DNA of 64,000 nt from Candidatus Enterenecus merdae (GTDB lineage Bacteria; Bacillota; Clostridia; Oscillospirales; Oscillospiraceae), in the NCBI GenBank assembly GCA_018716385.1, contig DVJZ01000041.1, forward strand, positions 3,485-67,484, written 5' to 3'. The position numbers and the translations under genes are program-made. Below are positions 31,466 to 43,922 of the stretch, piece after piece. Numbering within the stretch: the first letter of the stretch is position 1; every line of letters starts with the position of its first letter. A model generated the notes under the pieces. The model was not told the DNA's origin and did not search any database. It saw only the letters and a list, made by a program, of their open reading frames with translations.

Positions 31466-32809
31466 TTAGTAGTTGATCATGTACTTGTCCAGCTCCCAAC
31501 TGGACACCCGGGTGCGGTACTCGTCACACTCGGCCTGCTTACCGGCGATAAACTGGCTGGCCACATGCTCACCCAGGGTGTTCAGGATCAGCTTATCCTT
31601 CTTCAGGCACACCAGGGCCTCCTCCAGCGAGCCGGGCAGGGCCTCGATGCCGCGGCGCCGCCGGGTGGCCGGGGTCATGGCGAAGATGTTGTCTGTGATC
31701 TCGGGGGGCGGGGTCAGCTCCCGCTCAATGCCGTCCAACCCGGCGGCCAGGCAGACGGCCAGGGCCAGATAGGGGTTGCAGGACGGGTCGGGGCTGCGCA
31801 GCTCCACCCGGGTGGACTGACCCCGGGCGGCGGGGATGCGGATCAGGGCCGAGCGGTTTGAGGCCGACCAGGCCATGTAGCAGGGCGCCTCATAGCCGGG
31901 TACCAGCCGCTTGTAGGAGTTGACCAGCGGGTTGGTGACCGCCGTGATCCCCTTCATGTGATCCAGGATGCCCGCCAGGAAGGAATAGGCCTGCTTGGAC
32001 AGCCCCTTCTCCCCGTCCGGATCATAGAACACATTCTTGCCGTTGCGGAACAGGGACATGTTGGTGTGCATCCCCGAGCCGTTGATGCCGAAGATGGGCT
32101 TTGGCATGAAGGTGGCGTGCAGGCCGTTTTTCTGGGCCAGGGTCTTCACCGTCAGCTTGAAGGTCATGATGTTGTCCGCCGCGTGCAGGGCCTCGGCATA
32201 CTTGAAGTCGATCTCGTGCTGGCCCTGGGCCACCTCGTGGTGGGAGGCTTCGATCTCAAAGTCCATCTGCTCCAAGGCCAGGCAGATCTCCCGCCGGGTG
32301 GACTCCCCATGGTCCAGCGGGCCCAGGTCGAAGTAGCCCGCCTCGTCGTTGGTCCGGGTGGTGGGCTTTCCCTCCTCGTCGGTCTGGAACAGGAAAAACT
32401 CGCACTCAGGGCCCACATTGAACCGGTCAAAGCCCATGTCGTTGGCCTTCTGGATCGCCCGCTTGAGCACCTGCCGGGGGTCGCCCACAAAGGGGCTGCC
32501 GTCGGGGTTGTGCACGTCGCAGATCAGCCGGGCCACCTTGCCGTGGCTGGGCCGCCAGGGGAAGATGCGAAAACTCTTCAGATCGGGATAGAGGTACTGG
32601 TCAGACTCGTTGATGCGCACAAAGCCCTCGATGGACGAGCCGTCGAACATGATCTGGTTGTTCACGGCCTTCTCAATCTGGGAGGCGGTGATGGCCACGT
32701 TCTTCAGCTGCCCGAAAATGTCGGTAAACTGCAGGCGGATGAACTTCACGTCCTCCTCCCGGACGATGCGGATCACATCCTCCTTGGTGTAACCGGTGTT
32801 GCTTGCCAT
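31466..32809 (-). CDS. glnA: Type I glutamine synthetase
   Basis: [42 protein letters not shown], and [13 protein letters not shown] motifs. Start MASNTG at 32809. Confidence 0.97.
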   Translation of the reverse strand: MASNTGYTKEDVIRIVREEDVKFIRLQFTDIFGQLKNVAITASQIEKAVNNQIMFDGSSIEGFVRINESDQYLYPDLKSFRIFPWRPSHGKVARLICDVHNPDGSPFVGDPRQVLKRAIQKANDMGFDRFNVGPECEFFLFQTDEEGKPTTRTNDEAGYFDLGPLDHGESTRREICLALEQMDFEIEASHHEVAQGQHEIDFKYAEALHAADNIMTFKLTVKTLAQKNGLHATFMPKPIFGINGSGMHTNMSLFRNGKNVFYDPDGEKGLSKQAYSFLAGILDHMKGITAVTNPLVNSYKRLVPGYEAPCYMAWSASNRSALIRIPAARGQSTRVELRSPDPSCNPYLALAVCLAAGLDGIERELTPPPEITDNIFAMTPATRRRRGIEALPGSLEEALVCLKKDKLILNTLGEHVASQFIAGKQAECDEYRTRVSSWELDKYMINY

Positions 32810-32896
32810 AGTGACTGCCCCTTTCCATAGATACGGACCGTCCCCCGGGGCTATGCCAGTCCCGGCCGGCCCGGCGCTCAGTCTGCGCATTTTGAT

Positions 32897-32983
32897 GAAC
32901 AAAGGCGCTCCACACCTCAGGTCTGGAACGCCTTTGTTCTCTCGCTTATGGGTTTAGTATAGCACAAAGCCCTATTTTGTCAA
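32897..32983 (-). promoter_or_regulatory. glnA promoter and leader, with an ANTAR-type hairpin overlapping a long stem
   Basis: TTGACA-N16-TATACT (32983 to 32956). The leader contains GAAC-AAAGGC-GUUC (32939 to 32926), which alternatively pairs with 32912 to 32897 as a 16-bp stem. Confidence 0.7.
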
Positions 32984-33078
32984 TCTTTTTCCCCATCGAT
33001 GCAAATTTTTATCGCAAAAACCAGCTTTCCGTCTGTTTCAAATCCCCATTTTGTGATTTTGCACAGTTCCCAATCTCC

Positions 33079-34479
33079 TCAGGCGGGGTTCCCCTCCGGT
33101 TCCTCCACCGGGACGGGATATCGCTCGGTGAAGCAGCCGGTGCAAAAGCCCCGGCTGCAACGGGGGGCGATCTGGGGCAGGCTGTCGGGGGAGAGGAAAC
33201 CCAGGCTGTCCGCCCCGATGAGGTCCCGCATTTCCTCCAGGGTGTGGTTGCAGGCCATCAGCTCCCCCTTGGATGGGATGTCGGTGCCGAAGTAGCAGGG
33301 GGCGAGGAAGCGGGGCGCGGAGGAGAGCATATGTACCTGCTTGGCCCCCGCCTCCCGTAGCAGCCCCACCAGCTGCCGGGAGGTGGTGCCCCGGACGATG
33401 GAGTCGTCGATGACCACCACCCGCTTGCCTTCAACGGTGGAGCGCAGGGGGTTGAGCTTGAGCTTCACCGCCTGCTCCCGGCTGGCCTGGTCCGGCTTGA
33501 TGAAGGTGCGCCCCACATAGCGGTTCTTAATCAGCCCGTCGTTGTAGGGGATACCCGACTCCATGGCGTAGCCCTTGGCCGCGTTGAGCCCCGAGTCGGG
33601 CACCCCGATGACCACGTCCGCCGCCCGGGGATGCTCCCGGGCCAGGCAGCGACCGGCCAGGATCCGGGCGTCGTGCACCCACTGGCCGTCGATGAGGCTG
33701 TCCGGGCGGGCAAAGTAGAGGAACTCAAAGATGCACAGCCCCGTGGGCTGGCTTTTGCAACAGTCCCGGATGGACTGCAGCTGCCCGTCCAGGTCCACAT
33801 ACACCACCTCACCCGGCTCCACGTCCCGGACAAAGCTGGCCCCCACGCTGTCCAGGGCGCAGGACTCGGAGGCGAAGATCCAAGCCCGCCCCCGCCGGCC
33901 GATGCACAGCGGCCGGAAGCCCCAGGGATCCCGGGCGGCGATGAGTTTGCGGGAGCTCATCACCACCAGGGAGAAGGCCCCGCTGAGCTGGGGCAGGGTG
34001 TTGGCCACCGCCCGCTCGATGGAGGGGCAGTGCAGGCGCTGCTGAGCGATGAGATAGGCGATGATCTCCGAATCGGTGGAGGTATGGAAGATGGCCCCCT
34101 GGTACTCGTAGTGCCGGCGCAGCCCCTCCACGTTCACCAGATTGCCGTTGTGGGCCACCGCGAAGGTCCCCTTCACATAGCTCAAGGTCAGCGGCTGGGC
34201 GTTCTCCCGCTGGGAGCCCCCGGTGGTGGAGTAGCGCACATGTCCCACCGCCATGGTGCCGTCCAGCCGGTCCAGGATCTCCCGTGAAAACACGTCTCCT
34301 ACCAGCCCCACGTCCTTGTGGCATTGCAGCTGCATCCCGTTCATGGTGGCGATGCCGCAGGCCTCCTGCCCGCGGTGCTGTAGGGCATACAGGCCGTAGT
34401 ATGTACTGTGGGCGCATCCCCCCTCCGGGTCATAGATGCCGAACACGCCGCACGCTTCTCGAATTGCCATGGCTGTCAT
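33079..34479 (-). CDS. purF: Amidophosphoribosyltransferase
   Basis: REACGVFG, ALQHRGQE, GHVRYST, and VVIDDSIVRGTT motifs; Fe-S cysteines. Confidence 0.96.
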   Translation of the reverse strand: MTAMAIREACGVFGIYDPEGGCAHSTYYGLYALQHRGQEACGIATMNGMQLQCHKDVGLVGDVFSREILDRLDGTMAVGHVRYSTTGGSQRENAQPLTLSYVKGTFAVAHNGNLVNVEGLRRHYEYQGAIFHTSTDSEIIAYLIAQQRLHCPSIERAVANTLPQLSGAFSLVVMSSRKLIAARDPWGFRPLCIGRRGRAWIFASESCALDSVGASFVRDVEPGEVVYVDLDGQLQSIRDCCKSQPTGLCIFEFLYFARPDSLIDGQWVHDARILAGRCLAREHPRAADVVIGVPDSGLNAAKGYAMESGIPYNDGLIKNRYVGRTFIKPDQASREQAVKLKLNPLRSTVEGKRVVVIDDSIVRGTTSRQLVGLLREAGAKQVHMLSSAPRFLAPCYFGTDIPSKGELMACNHTLEEMRDLIGADSLGFLSPDSLPQIAPRCSRGFCTGCFTERYPVPVEEPEGNPA

Positions 34480-34803
34480 CTGTCCTTCCCGCCCGCGCCC
34501 CGCCCCTCCTTGGGCGGCGCGGAGTGTGGGCCGCCTCCTTTGGCGGCCGCTGCCCCGGCGGCGGCTGCCTCATCCGCCCGCCAGGCCACAGCGATACAAG
34601 GAACATTATAGGGCTCCCCGGCCCGGAATGCAAGAGACAGCTTTCCCCCACCCCTCCGCCCCATCTTCCCCATGCGTTTTCCACGCAACAGCCCACTCCA
34701 TCCTTGACTTTTTTGGGCCTTCTATATAAAATTAAAGTATCCAATGACAATCCGGAGCCATCCGTCCAACCCATCTCAAAACACGCGCTTTGGAGGAACA
34801 ACT

Positions 34804-37437
<2,634 letters not shown>

Positions 37438-37477
37438 GAGTCCAGCCAATCCTGTCAAATGTTTGGAGATGATCCCG

Positions 37478-38179
37478 ATGGATTTATGGAACGCTCTGCC
37501 CGCCACCGACCCGGAATTTTCCGAGCGCTTGATCCACTTCGCCTTCCACGAGGTGGTGGATGAGCCTGGCCTTGAGCTTGACCCTGTCGTCCGTCACACC
37601 GCTATCCTGGCCGCCCTACTGGGCTGCCAGGGCTTGGAGGTCTTTGAGCACCTGGCCCTGCCCCGGGCCCTGGACGACGGGCTGTCCCCCGTGGCGGTCA
37701 AGGAGATCGTCTACCAGGCGGTGGACTACCTGGGCATGGGCCGGGTGCTGCCCTTCCTAGAGGCAGTCAACCGGGTTCTGACCGCCCGGGGGGTTGACCT
37801 GCCCCTTCCCGGCCAGGCCACCACTACCCTGGACAACCGGCTGGAGCGGGGGGCTCAGACCCAGGCGGACATCTTCGGCCCCCAGATGCTGGAGGCCTGG
37901 AAGTCCGGCCCGGTCAACCGGTGGCTGGCCGCCAACTGCTTTGGCGACTACTACACCCGCACCGGGCTGAGCCTGCCCCAGCGGGAGATGATCACCTTCT
38001 GCTCCCTGGCCGCCCAGGGCGGGTGCGAGCCCCAGCTCATCGGCCACGCCAAGGGCAATCTGAACCTGGGCAACGATCAGGACTTCCTGATGCGGGTGGT
38101 GTGCCAATGCCTGCCCTACATCGGCTACCCCCGCAGCCTAAACGCCATTACCTGCATCCAGAAGGCTGCCCAAGACTAA
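37478..38179 (+). CDS. Carboxymuconolactone decarboxylase (CMD/AhpD-like) family protein with two domains
   Basis: LSPVAVKEIVYQAVDYLGMGR, CFGDYYTRTGL, REMITFCSLAAQGGCEPQL, and LPYIGYPRSLNA motifs. Confidence 0.85.
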   Translation: MDLWNALPATDPEFSERLIHFAFHEVVDEPGLELDPVVRHTAILAALLGCQGLEVFEHLALPRALDDGLSPVAVKEIVYQAVDYLGMGRVLPFLEAVNRVLTARGVDLPLPGQATTTLDNRLERGAQTQADIFGPQMLEAWKSGPVNRWLAANCFGDYYTRTGLSLPQREMITFCSLAAQGGCEPQLIGHAKGNLNLGNDQDFLMRVVCQCLPYIGYPRSLNAITCIQKAAQD

Positions 38180-38219
38180 ACCACCCCATGTCTGGGTCCT
38201 GTCCGGAGCCAAGCAAACG

Positions 38220-38250
38220 GCCGCCCGCGGGCAATTTGCCCGCGGGCGGC
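38220..38250. terminator. Palindromic, probably bidirectional terminator between convergent genes
   Basis: gccgcccgcgggcaa-t-ttgcccgcgggcggc. Confidence 0.65.
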
Positions 38251-38257
38251 CGCTGTC

Positions 38258-38845
38258 CTACCCCTCTTCCTTGGCCTGGAAGAACCCCATTCCGTCCCGC
38301 ATGATGCCTTCGGCCAGGGCCGCCATCTCCTCGGCGCTGCTGGTCATCCCCTCCCCCAGCCACGCCTCCAGCAGCCCCACGCAGCCGCTGCTGACAAAGG
38401 CGTAGTAGTAGCCCAGCTGCTTTGGGGTGGCCCGAGGAAAGCTCAAGCGGTATGCCTCAGTAAAATACTCCCTGCCCAGGCGCACCAGCCGCTGGGCAAA
38501 CTCTCTGTCCCCGTTGGAGCCCAGCACCATGGCGCACAAATCCGCGTTGGCCTCCAGGGTGCGGAACAGTTCAGCCGTCACCTCCAGCAAGCTGTGTTCC
38601 CCCGGCGCCCCCTCCAGCAGCCGGCCCAGCCCACGGCGGACCGCCTCCATCAGCTCGTCCTCCAGCTGGCCCAGCAGGTCGTACAGCCCCGTGTAGTGGG
38701 CATAGAAGGTCCCCCGGCTTATCCCAGCGCTGGCACACAGCTCCTTGACCGAGATGCTCTGGATGGGTTTGCGCCGCAAAAGCCCCGTGAAGGCCCTGCG
38801 GATCGTCCGCTTGGTGGCTCTGGTCCGTTGGTCGTTGGCCCCCAT
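38258..38845 (-). CDS. TetR/AcrR-family regulator
   Basis: TKRTIRRAFTGLLRRKPIQSISVKELCASAGISRGTFYAHY. Divergent from the epimerase gene. Confidence 0.9.
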   Translation of the reverse strand: MGANDQRTRATKRTIRRAFTGLLRRKPIQSISVKELCASAGISRGTFYAHYTGLYDLLGQLEDELMEAVRRGLGRLLEGAPGEHSLLEVTAELFRTLEANADLCAMVLGSNGDREFAQRLVRLGREYFTEAYRLSFPRATPKQLGYYYAFVSSGCVGLLEAWLGEGMTSSAEEMAALAEGIMRDGMGFFQAKEEG

Positions 38846-39029
38846 AGCCCCGCCCCCCAACTGAAAATTTTTTGTGAACTTTCGCCAATTCTGAACAATC
38901 CCTGTGCAGTATGTTCAGGATCTTGCCGATGGTCTGCCTCCCCGCCCCTTGTGCTTCTCTCGTGCATCTATTATAATATGGATCAGTTAGAAGTGCAACC
39001 GCAGACGTGTACACACAGGGGGGCTTGAT

Positions 39030-40037
39030 GTGAAAAAAACCTATCTCATCACCGGGGCCAACGGACATCTGGGCAGCACCATCGCCCGCGCCCTCTCCCG
39101 ACGGGGGGAACAGGTGCGGGGGCTGATCCTGCCCGGGCAGACGGGTGTGTCCCTGCCCGGCGTGCAGTATATCCAGGGGGATGTGCGCGCCCCGGACACC
39201 CTCCTGCCCCTGTTTGAAGGGCTGCGTGGCCGGAAAGTCTTTATCCTTCACACCGCTGGTGTGGTGGACATCTCGGACCAAGTCTCCCCCCGTACCTACG
39301 CAGTCAACGTGGTGGGCACCCGGAACGTGCTGGACTTGTGCCGGAAGTTCCGGGTCTCCCGGATGGTGTACGTCAGCTCGGTGCACGCCATCCCCGAGGG
39401 GGACAAGTCCAGCGTGCTCCACGAGGTGTCCCGCTTCTCTCCCGACGCGGTGGTGGGGGGATATGCCAAGACCAAAGCAGAGGCCACCCAGGCGGTGCTG
39501 GACGCGGTGGGGTCTGGGGATCTGGACGCGGTGGTGGTCCATCCCTCCGGCATCCTGGGGCCCTATGACCGTTCAGGCAACCACCTGGTTCAACTGGTCA
39601 GCGACTACCTGCGGGGCAAGCTGCCCGCCTGCGTCCGGGGCGGCTATGACTTCGTGGACGTGCGGGACGTGGCCGACGGCTGCCTGCTGGCCCTGGAAAA
39701 AGGGGCGCGGGGGCAGTGTTACATCCTCTCCAATCGGCACTATGAGATCCGGGACGTGCTGGCCATGGTGCGTAAGTTGGCCGGAGGACGGCGGCTGGCC
39801 GTGCTTCCCCACTGGATGGCCCGGGCCGCCCTGCCCGCCATCCGGCTGCACGCCAAGCGCACCAAAAAGCGCCCCCTGTTCACCCGCTACTCCCTGCACA
39901 CCCTGCTGAGCAACGACAAGTTCTGTCACGACAAGGCCACCGCCGAGCTGGGCTACCGCCCCCGGGACCTGATCCAGACCCTGCGGGACACCATCTCCTG
40001 GAACCGGGGCGAGTTGGAGTCCCCTTCCCTGGCCTGA
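39030..40037 (+). CDS. NAD-dependent epimerase/dehydratase (extended SDR)
   Basis: ITGANGHLG, YVSSVHA, and YAKTK motifs. Confidence 0.9.
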   Translation: MKKTYLITGANGHLGSTIARALSRRGEQVRGLILPGQTGVSLPGVQYIQGDVRAPDTLLPLFEGLRGRKVFILHTAGVVDISDQVSPRTYAVNVVGTRNVLDLCRKFRVSRMVYVSSVHAIPEGDKSSVLHEVSRFSPDAVVGGYAKTKAEATQAVLDAVGSGDLDAVVVHPSGILGPYDRSGNHLVQLVSDYLRGKLPACVRGGYDFVDVRDVADGCLLALEKGARGQCYILSNRHYEIRDVLAMVRKLAGGRRLAVLPHWMARAALPAIRLHAKRTKKRPLFTRYSLHTLLSNDKFCHDKATAELGYRPRDLIQTLRDTISWNRGELESPSLA

Positions 40038-40076
40038 CCCATGGCGGTCACACAATGGGAACGCTATGGGACGAAC

Positions 40077-40228
40077 CCATCCCATATGTGACAAGTTTAA
40101 AGCGGTATCCCCCATCCCATGCAACAGCCTCCAAGGGAATGTCCCTTCCCACGCATACAGCAAACCTTGTGCGGTGCTCCCATTCCATGCAATCATCCGG
40201 GGAGCATACCTGCCATCCCATGCAACAA
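40077..40228. repeat. Five degenerate copies of CCATCCCATGCAACA with a 32-36-bp period
   Basis: Copies start at 40077, 40112, 40144, 40180 and 40213. Confidence 0.55.
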
Positions 40229-40269
40229 GCCCGGAGGTCGGAACCTGTGTTCCGTCCCTCCGGGCTTCC

Positions 40270-42900
40270 TCATTCCTCCAGGTCAAAGGGGGGCAGCTCC
40301 TCCTCCGGGGAGACCTCCTCCAGGGAGGGCTGCTGGACCTCTGTCTCCGGGACTGGGCCGTCCAACCCCTGGCGGTAGCGCATCTCCTGCCACTGCTCCT
40401 TGGTGATGAGCAGCTGCCGGGGCTTGGAGCCCTCAAAGGGGCCCACCACCCCCTTCTCCTCCATCTGGTCCACCAGCCGGGCTGCCCGGCCATAGCCCAG
40501 CTTCAGACGCCGCTGGAGCATGGACACCGAGGCCTGCCCCATCTCCAGCACCACCTCGATGGCGGCGGGCAGCAGCTCGTCAAAGTCCTCGCCGCCGCCG
40601 GCGGGATCCGCCCCCGCCCCTTTGGCGCCCTTCTCTTTCTCCTGGGCGTGCCGGTCGATCTCGTGCATCACCGCCTCGTCATACTGGGCAGATGCACCCT
40701 CCTTGATGAAATCCACCACCTGGGCCACCTCCTCCTCCGAGATAAAGCAGCCCTGAACCCGGCGGGGCTTGCCCTGGCCCAGAGGGGCGTAGAGCATGTC
40801 CCCCTTGCCCACCAGCTTCTCCGCGCCGGTGGCATCCAGGATGATGCGCGACTCCATCCCCGAGGCCACCGCAAAGGCGATTCGGCTGGGGATGTTGGCC
40901 TTCATCAGGCCAGTGATCACGTCGGCGGAGGGCCGCTGGGTGGCGATGACCAGGTGCATTCCCGAGGCCCGGCCCATCTGGGCCACTCGGCAGATGGACT
41001 CCTCCACCTCCTTGGCCGCCACCAGCATCAGGTCGGCCAGCTCGTCGATGACCACCACGATCTGGGGCAGGGCCGGTTTGCCCTCCCGCCGGGCGTGGTT
41101 GTTGTAGGAGGCCAGGTCCTTGGCCCCCACCTCGGAGAAGGTCTTGTAGCGCTTCATCATCTCGCTCACCGCCCATTGCAGCGCCCCGGCGGCCTTCTTC
41201 GGGTCGGTGACCACCGGGATGAGCAGGTGGGGAATGCCGTTGTACACCCCCAGCTCCACCATCTTGGGATCCACCATGATTAGGCGCACCTCATCCGGGG
41301 TGGCCTTGTACAGCAGGGAGACGATCAAGCTGTTGGTGCAAACCGACTTGCCCGAGCCGGTGGTGCCGGCGATGAGCATGTGGGGCAGCCGGGCGATGTC
41401 CCCCACCACGCAGTTGCCCCCGATGTCCTTGCCCACGGCAAAGGACACCTTGGAGGGGCTCTCCACAAAGTCCTTGGAGGAGATCACATCCCGGGCGGCT
41501 ACCGGGGTGACCTGACGGTTTGGCACCTCGATGCCCACGGTGGAGATCTTGTTGGGGATGGGGGCCACCCGCACCGCCGATACCCCCAGGGCCAGAGCGA
41601 TGTCATCGGACAGCTTGGTCAGCTTATTCAGCTTGACCCCCTGCTCCAGCTCCAGCTCGTAGCGGGTGACCGCAGGCCCCCGGGTAACGTTCACCACCCG
41701 GGCATCCACGTCGAAGGACACCAGCGTGTCCTGCAGCCGCTGCTGGTTGGCCTGTAGCTCTCCCCCCATCCCGGAGGCAGGGCCGCCACCCCCTTCCCGC
41801 AGCAGGGAGATGGGGGGATAACGATAGGCCTGGGGCTCCTGCTCCAAGCTGTCCTCGATCTCCCGGGCCACCTCCTCCCGGGCCTGACGGGCCTGCTGGC
41901 CGGTGATCTGCTCCGGTTCCTGCTCCCGGGTCACGGCGGGCTCCCGGATCACCGCCGGCCCCTGCTCTGGGGCGGCCAGGTCTGTCATAGGCTCCAACTC
42001 TGGCACATCTTCGTATTGGGGGGGCTCTGGCTCGGCACGGGTTGTCTCCCGTCCACTGAGCACCTCGTCGGGTGCGGCCACTCCCGCCACCCGGTCAAAC
42101 AGCTTCTTCTTGCGAATGCCAGTCACCGGCCGGGTGGGAGCCTTGGCTGTGACCGGCCCGTCGTCCACCGGGATGTCGATGTCCGCACGGCGGCCTTGGC
42201 CGCCCCGGGGGCGAGGCTGCTCCACCGGTCGGGGCGGGGCCAGCTCCTCATCCTCCTGCTGGTCATAGACCGGGCGGTTTTCCCGCCGCTCCCGGGCAGC
42301 CCAGTATACGTCCAGGATGGTGCGGTTGAAAGCATACAGCAGGGCCAGCACACCGGCCAGGATGAGCACCACCAGCGCGCCGATCCTGCTAAAGGCAAAC
42401 TGGAAAGCCAGCCCCAGCAGACCGGACACCACTCCGCCGGACTGCCCCGCCTGGCCGGTGGCCCACATCTGTCCGATCAGCCCCGCCCCCTGGGGCAGAT
42501 CCGTCCGGCTGATCAGCAGGTGCAGCACCGCACCGGCCAGCACCGGCACCGACAAGGCGCTGGCCAGGCGCAGGCGCACCGGCCGGCCCCGGTGGAAAAT
42601 CAGGATGTAGGCTGAGAGCAGCAGAATGGGAGGGGCCAGGTAGTAGCCATAGCCGAACAGCCCCTGGAGCAACCCTCGGAACAGGTCGATGAACAGGGCC
42701 TGCACCCCGAAGTAGCCGATGGCCCCGAAAAAGGCCAGCAGCAGGCACACTGCACCCCCCACCTCCCGGCGCACCGGCCGGCGGGCGGGTGCAGGTTGAG
42801 GCTTTTTCCCCCGGGCGCCGGACTGGCCCGCCCGCTTCTTGCCCCCGGCCGGCCCTGAAGAGCCGCCCCGGGGGCCTGTTTTCTTCTGTACAGAAGCCAT
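40270..42900 (-). CDS. ftsK: DNA translocase FtsK/SpoIIIE
   Basis: N-terminal TM segments, HMLIAGTTGSGKS, VVIDELADLM, ATQRPS, and gamma domain SVSMLQRRLKLGYGRAAR. Confidence 0.95.
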   Translation of the reverse strand: MASVQKKTGPRGGSSGPAGGKKRAGQSGARGKKPQPAPARRPVRREVGGAVCLLLAFFGAIGYFGVQALFIDLFRGLLQGLFGYGYYLAPPILLLSAYILIFHRGRPVRLRLASALSVPVLAGAVLHLLISRTDLPQGAGLIGQMWATGQAGQSGGVVSGLLGLAFQFAFSRIGALVVLILAGVLALLYAFNRTILDVYWAARERRENRPVYDQQEDEELAPPRPVEQPRPRGGQGRRADIDIPVDDGPVTAKAPTRPVTGIRKKKLFDRVAGVAAPDEVLSGRETTRAEPEPPQYEDVPELEPMTDLAAPEQGPAVIREPAVTREQEPEQITGQQARQAREEVAREIEDSLEQEPQAYRYPPISLLREGGGGPASGMGGELQANQQRLQDTLVSFDVDARVVNVTRGPAVTRYELELEQGVKLNKLTKLSDDIALALGVSAVRVAPIPNKISTVGIEVPNRQVTPVAARDVISSKDFVESPSKVSFAVGKDIGGNCVVGDIARLPHMLIAGTTGSGKSVCTNSLIVSLLYKATPDEVRLIMVDPKMVELGVYNGIPHLLIPVVTDPKKAAGALQWAVSEMMKRYKTFSEVGAKDLASYNNHARREGKPALPQIVVVIDELADLMLVAAKEVEESICRVAQMGRASGMHLVIATQRPSADVITGLMKANIPSRIAFAVASGMESRIILDATGAEKLVGKGDMLYAPLGQGKPRRVQGCFISEEEVAQVVDFIKEGASAQYDEAVMHEIDRHAQEKEKGAKGAGADPAGGGEDFDELLPAAIEVVLEMGQASVSMLQRRLKLGYGRAARLVDQMEEKGVVGPFEGSKPRQLLITKEQWQEMRYRQGLDGPVPETEVQQPSLEEVSPEEELPPFDLEE

Positions 42901-42913
42901 GTCCGACCTCCCG

Positions 42914-43765
42914 TCAACGGATTGCGAAGGATGCCACCAACGCCACGGCGCCCACGATCCAGCAGTAGTACGCAAACTTCCCAAACTTGCCCTTGTCGGC
43001 CAGCAGCTTCACCAGCTGGATGGCAAAGTAGCCCACCACCCCGGCCACCACCATGCCCACCAGGTACATGGGCAGCCGGTCCAGGTCCACTTCCACCTCC
43101 CCGGTGACCACCTTGACCACCTGGAGCAAGGTGGCCCCCAGCACCGCGGGCAGGGAGAGCAGGAAGGAGTAGCGCACGGCGAACTTCCGGTCAAAGCCCA
43201 GCATCATCCCCGCCGAGATGGTGGTACCAGACCGGGACAGGCCGGGGATGGTGGCCACTCCCTGGGCCACCCCCACCAGCAGGGCGTCCTTCACCGTGGC
43301 GGTGCGCACGGTCTTAACCCCCCGGGCCAGCCGGTCGGAGAGAAACAGCACGCACCCGGTGACCAGCAGCATCAGCGCCACCGCCGCCGGGCTGTTGCCC
43401 AGGCTCTCAACCTGGGCCTCAATGGGCAGCACCACCAGCAGAGGCAGGGTGCCCACGATGACCATCAACACCAGGCGGCGGGCCTCCGGCGGACGGGCGG
43501 TTTCCCGGGCGCCCCGCCGGGTGCACAGCGCGGCCACCCCCCGGAAAAACTCCAGGATCATCTCGGCGATGTCCTTGCGATAGACCACGCACACCGCGAT
43601 GAGGGTGGCAAAGTGGAGCAGGATGTTGTAGAGGTTATCCACCTCTTCCATCTGGAAGAAGTGCTGCAGCAAAGTCAGGTGCCCGGAACTGGAAATGGGC
43701 AAAAACTCCGCCACTCCCTGGACAAAGCCCAGGAGGACCGCCATGAAATAGGACAAAGCGCTCAC
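42914..43765 (-). CDS. uppP: Undecaprenyl-diphosphatase
   Basis: GFVQGVAEFLPISSSGH and PGLSRSGTTI motifs. Confidence 0.95.
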   Translation of the reverse strand: MSALSYFMAVLLGFVQGVAEFLPISSSGHLTLLQHFFQMEEVDNLYNILLHFATLIAVCVVYRKDIAEMILEFFRGVAALCTRRGARETARPPEARRLVLMVIVGTLPLLVVLPIEAQVESLGNSPAAVALMLLVTGCVLFLSDRLARGVKTVRTATVKDALLVGVAQGVATIPGLSRSGTTISAGMMLGFDRKFAVRYSFLLSLPAVLGATLLQVVKVVTGEVEVDLDRLPMYLVGMVVAGVVGYFAIQLVKLLADKGKFGKFAYYCWIVGAVALVASFAIR

Positions 43766-43873
43766 CTCATATCAGCAGTCTCAGCCCACCCGCCCGGCCG
43801 GCGCGCAAGCTGGTACAACTGATTATATTACCACATTCTCCCCCTAAATGCCAGTTTATTTTTCTCCCGCCCC

Positions 43874-43920
43874 AGCAGAGGAAACGGGACGCCCCGCCGG
43901 GGCGTCCCGTTTCCTCTGCT
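43874..43920 (-). terminator. Terminator after tepA
   Basis: Perfect 22-bp inverted repeat agcagaggaaacgggacgcccc / ggggcgtcccgtttcctctgct. Confidence 0.75.
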
Positions 43921-43922
43921 GC

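Noticed and set aside
34480-34620. ZTP or PRPP/ppGpp riboswitch upstream of purF
   Set aside because: A promoter (TTGCAT-N17-TATAAT) and a GC-rich structured leader are present, with faint ZTP-like elements. The 3' CGCCUGGG pseudoknot and the ykkC core motifs are missing. An Infernal scan would settle it.
40077-40228. CRISPR or TIGR array
   Set aside because: The repeat is only about 15 bp and degenerate, there is one conserved box per unit, and no cas or tas genes are nearby.
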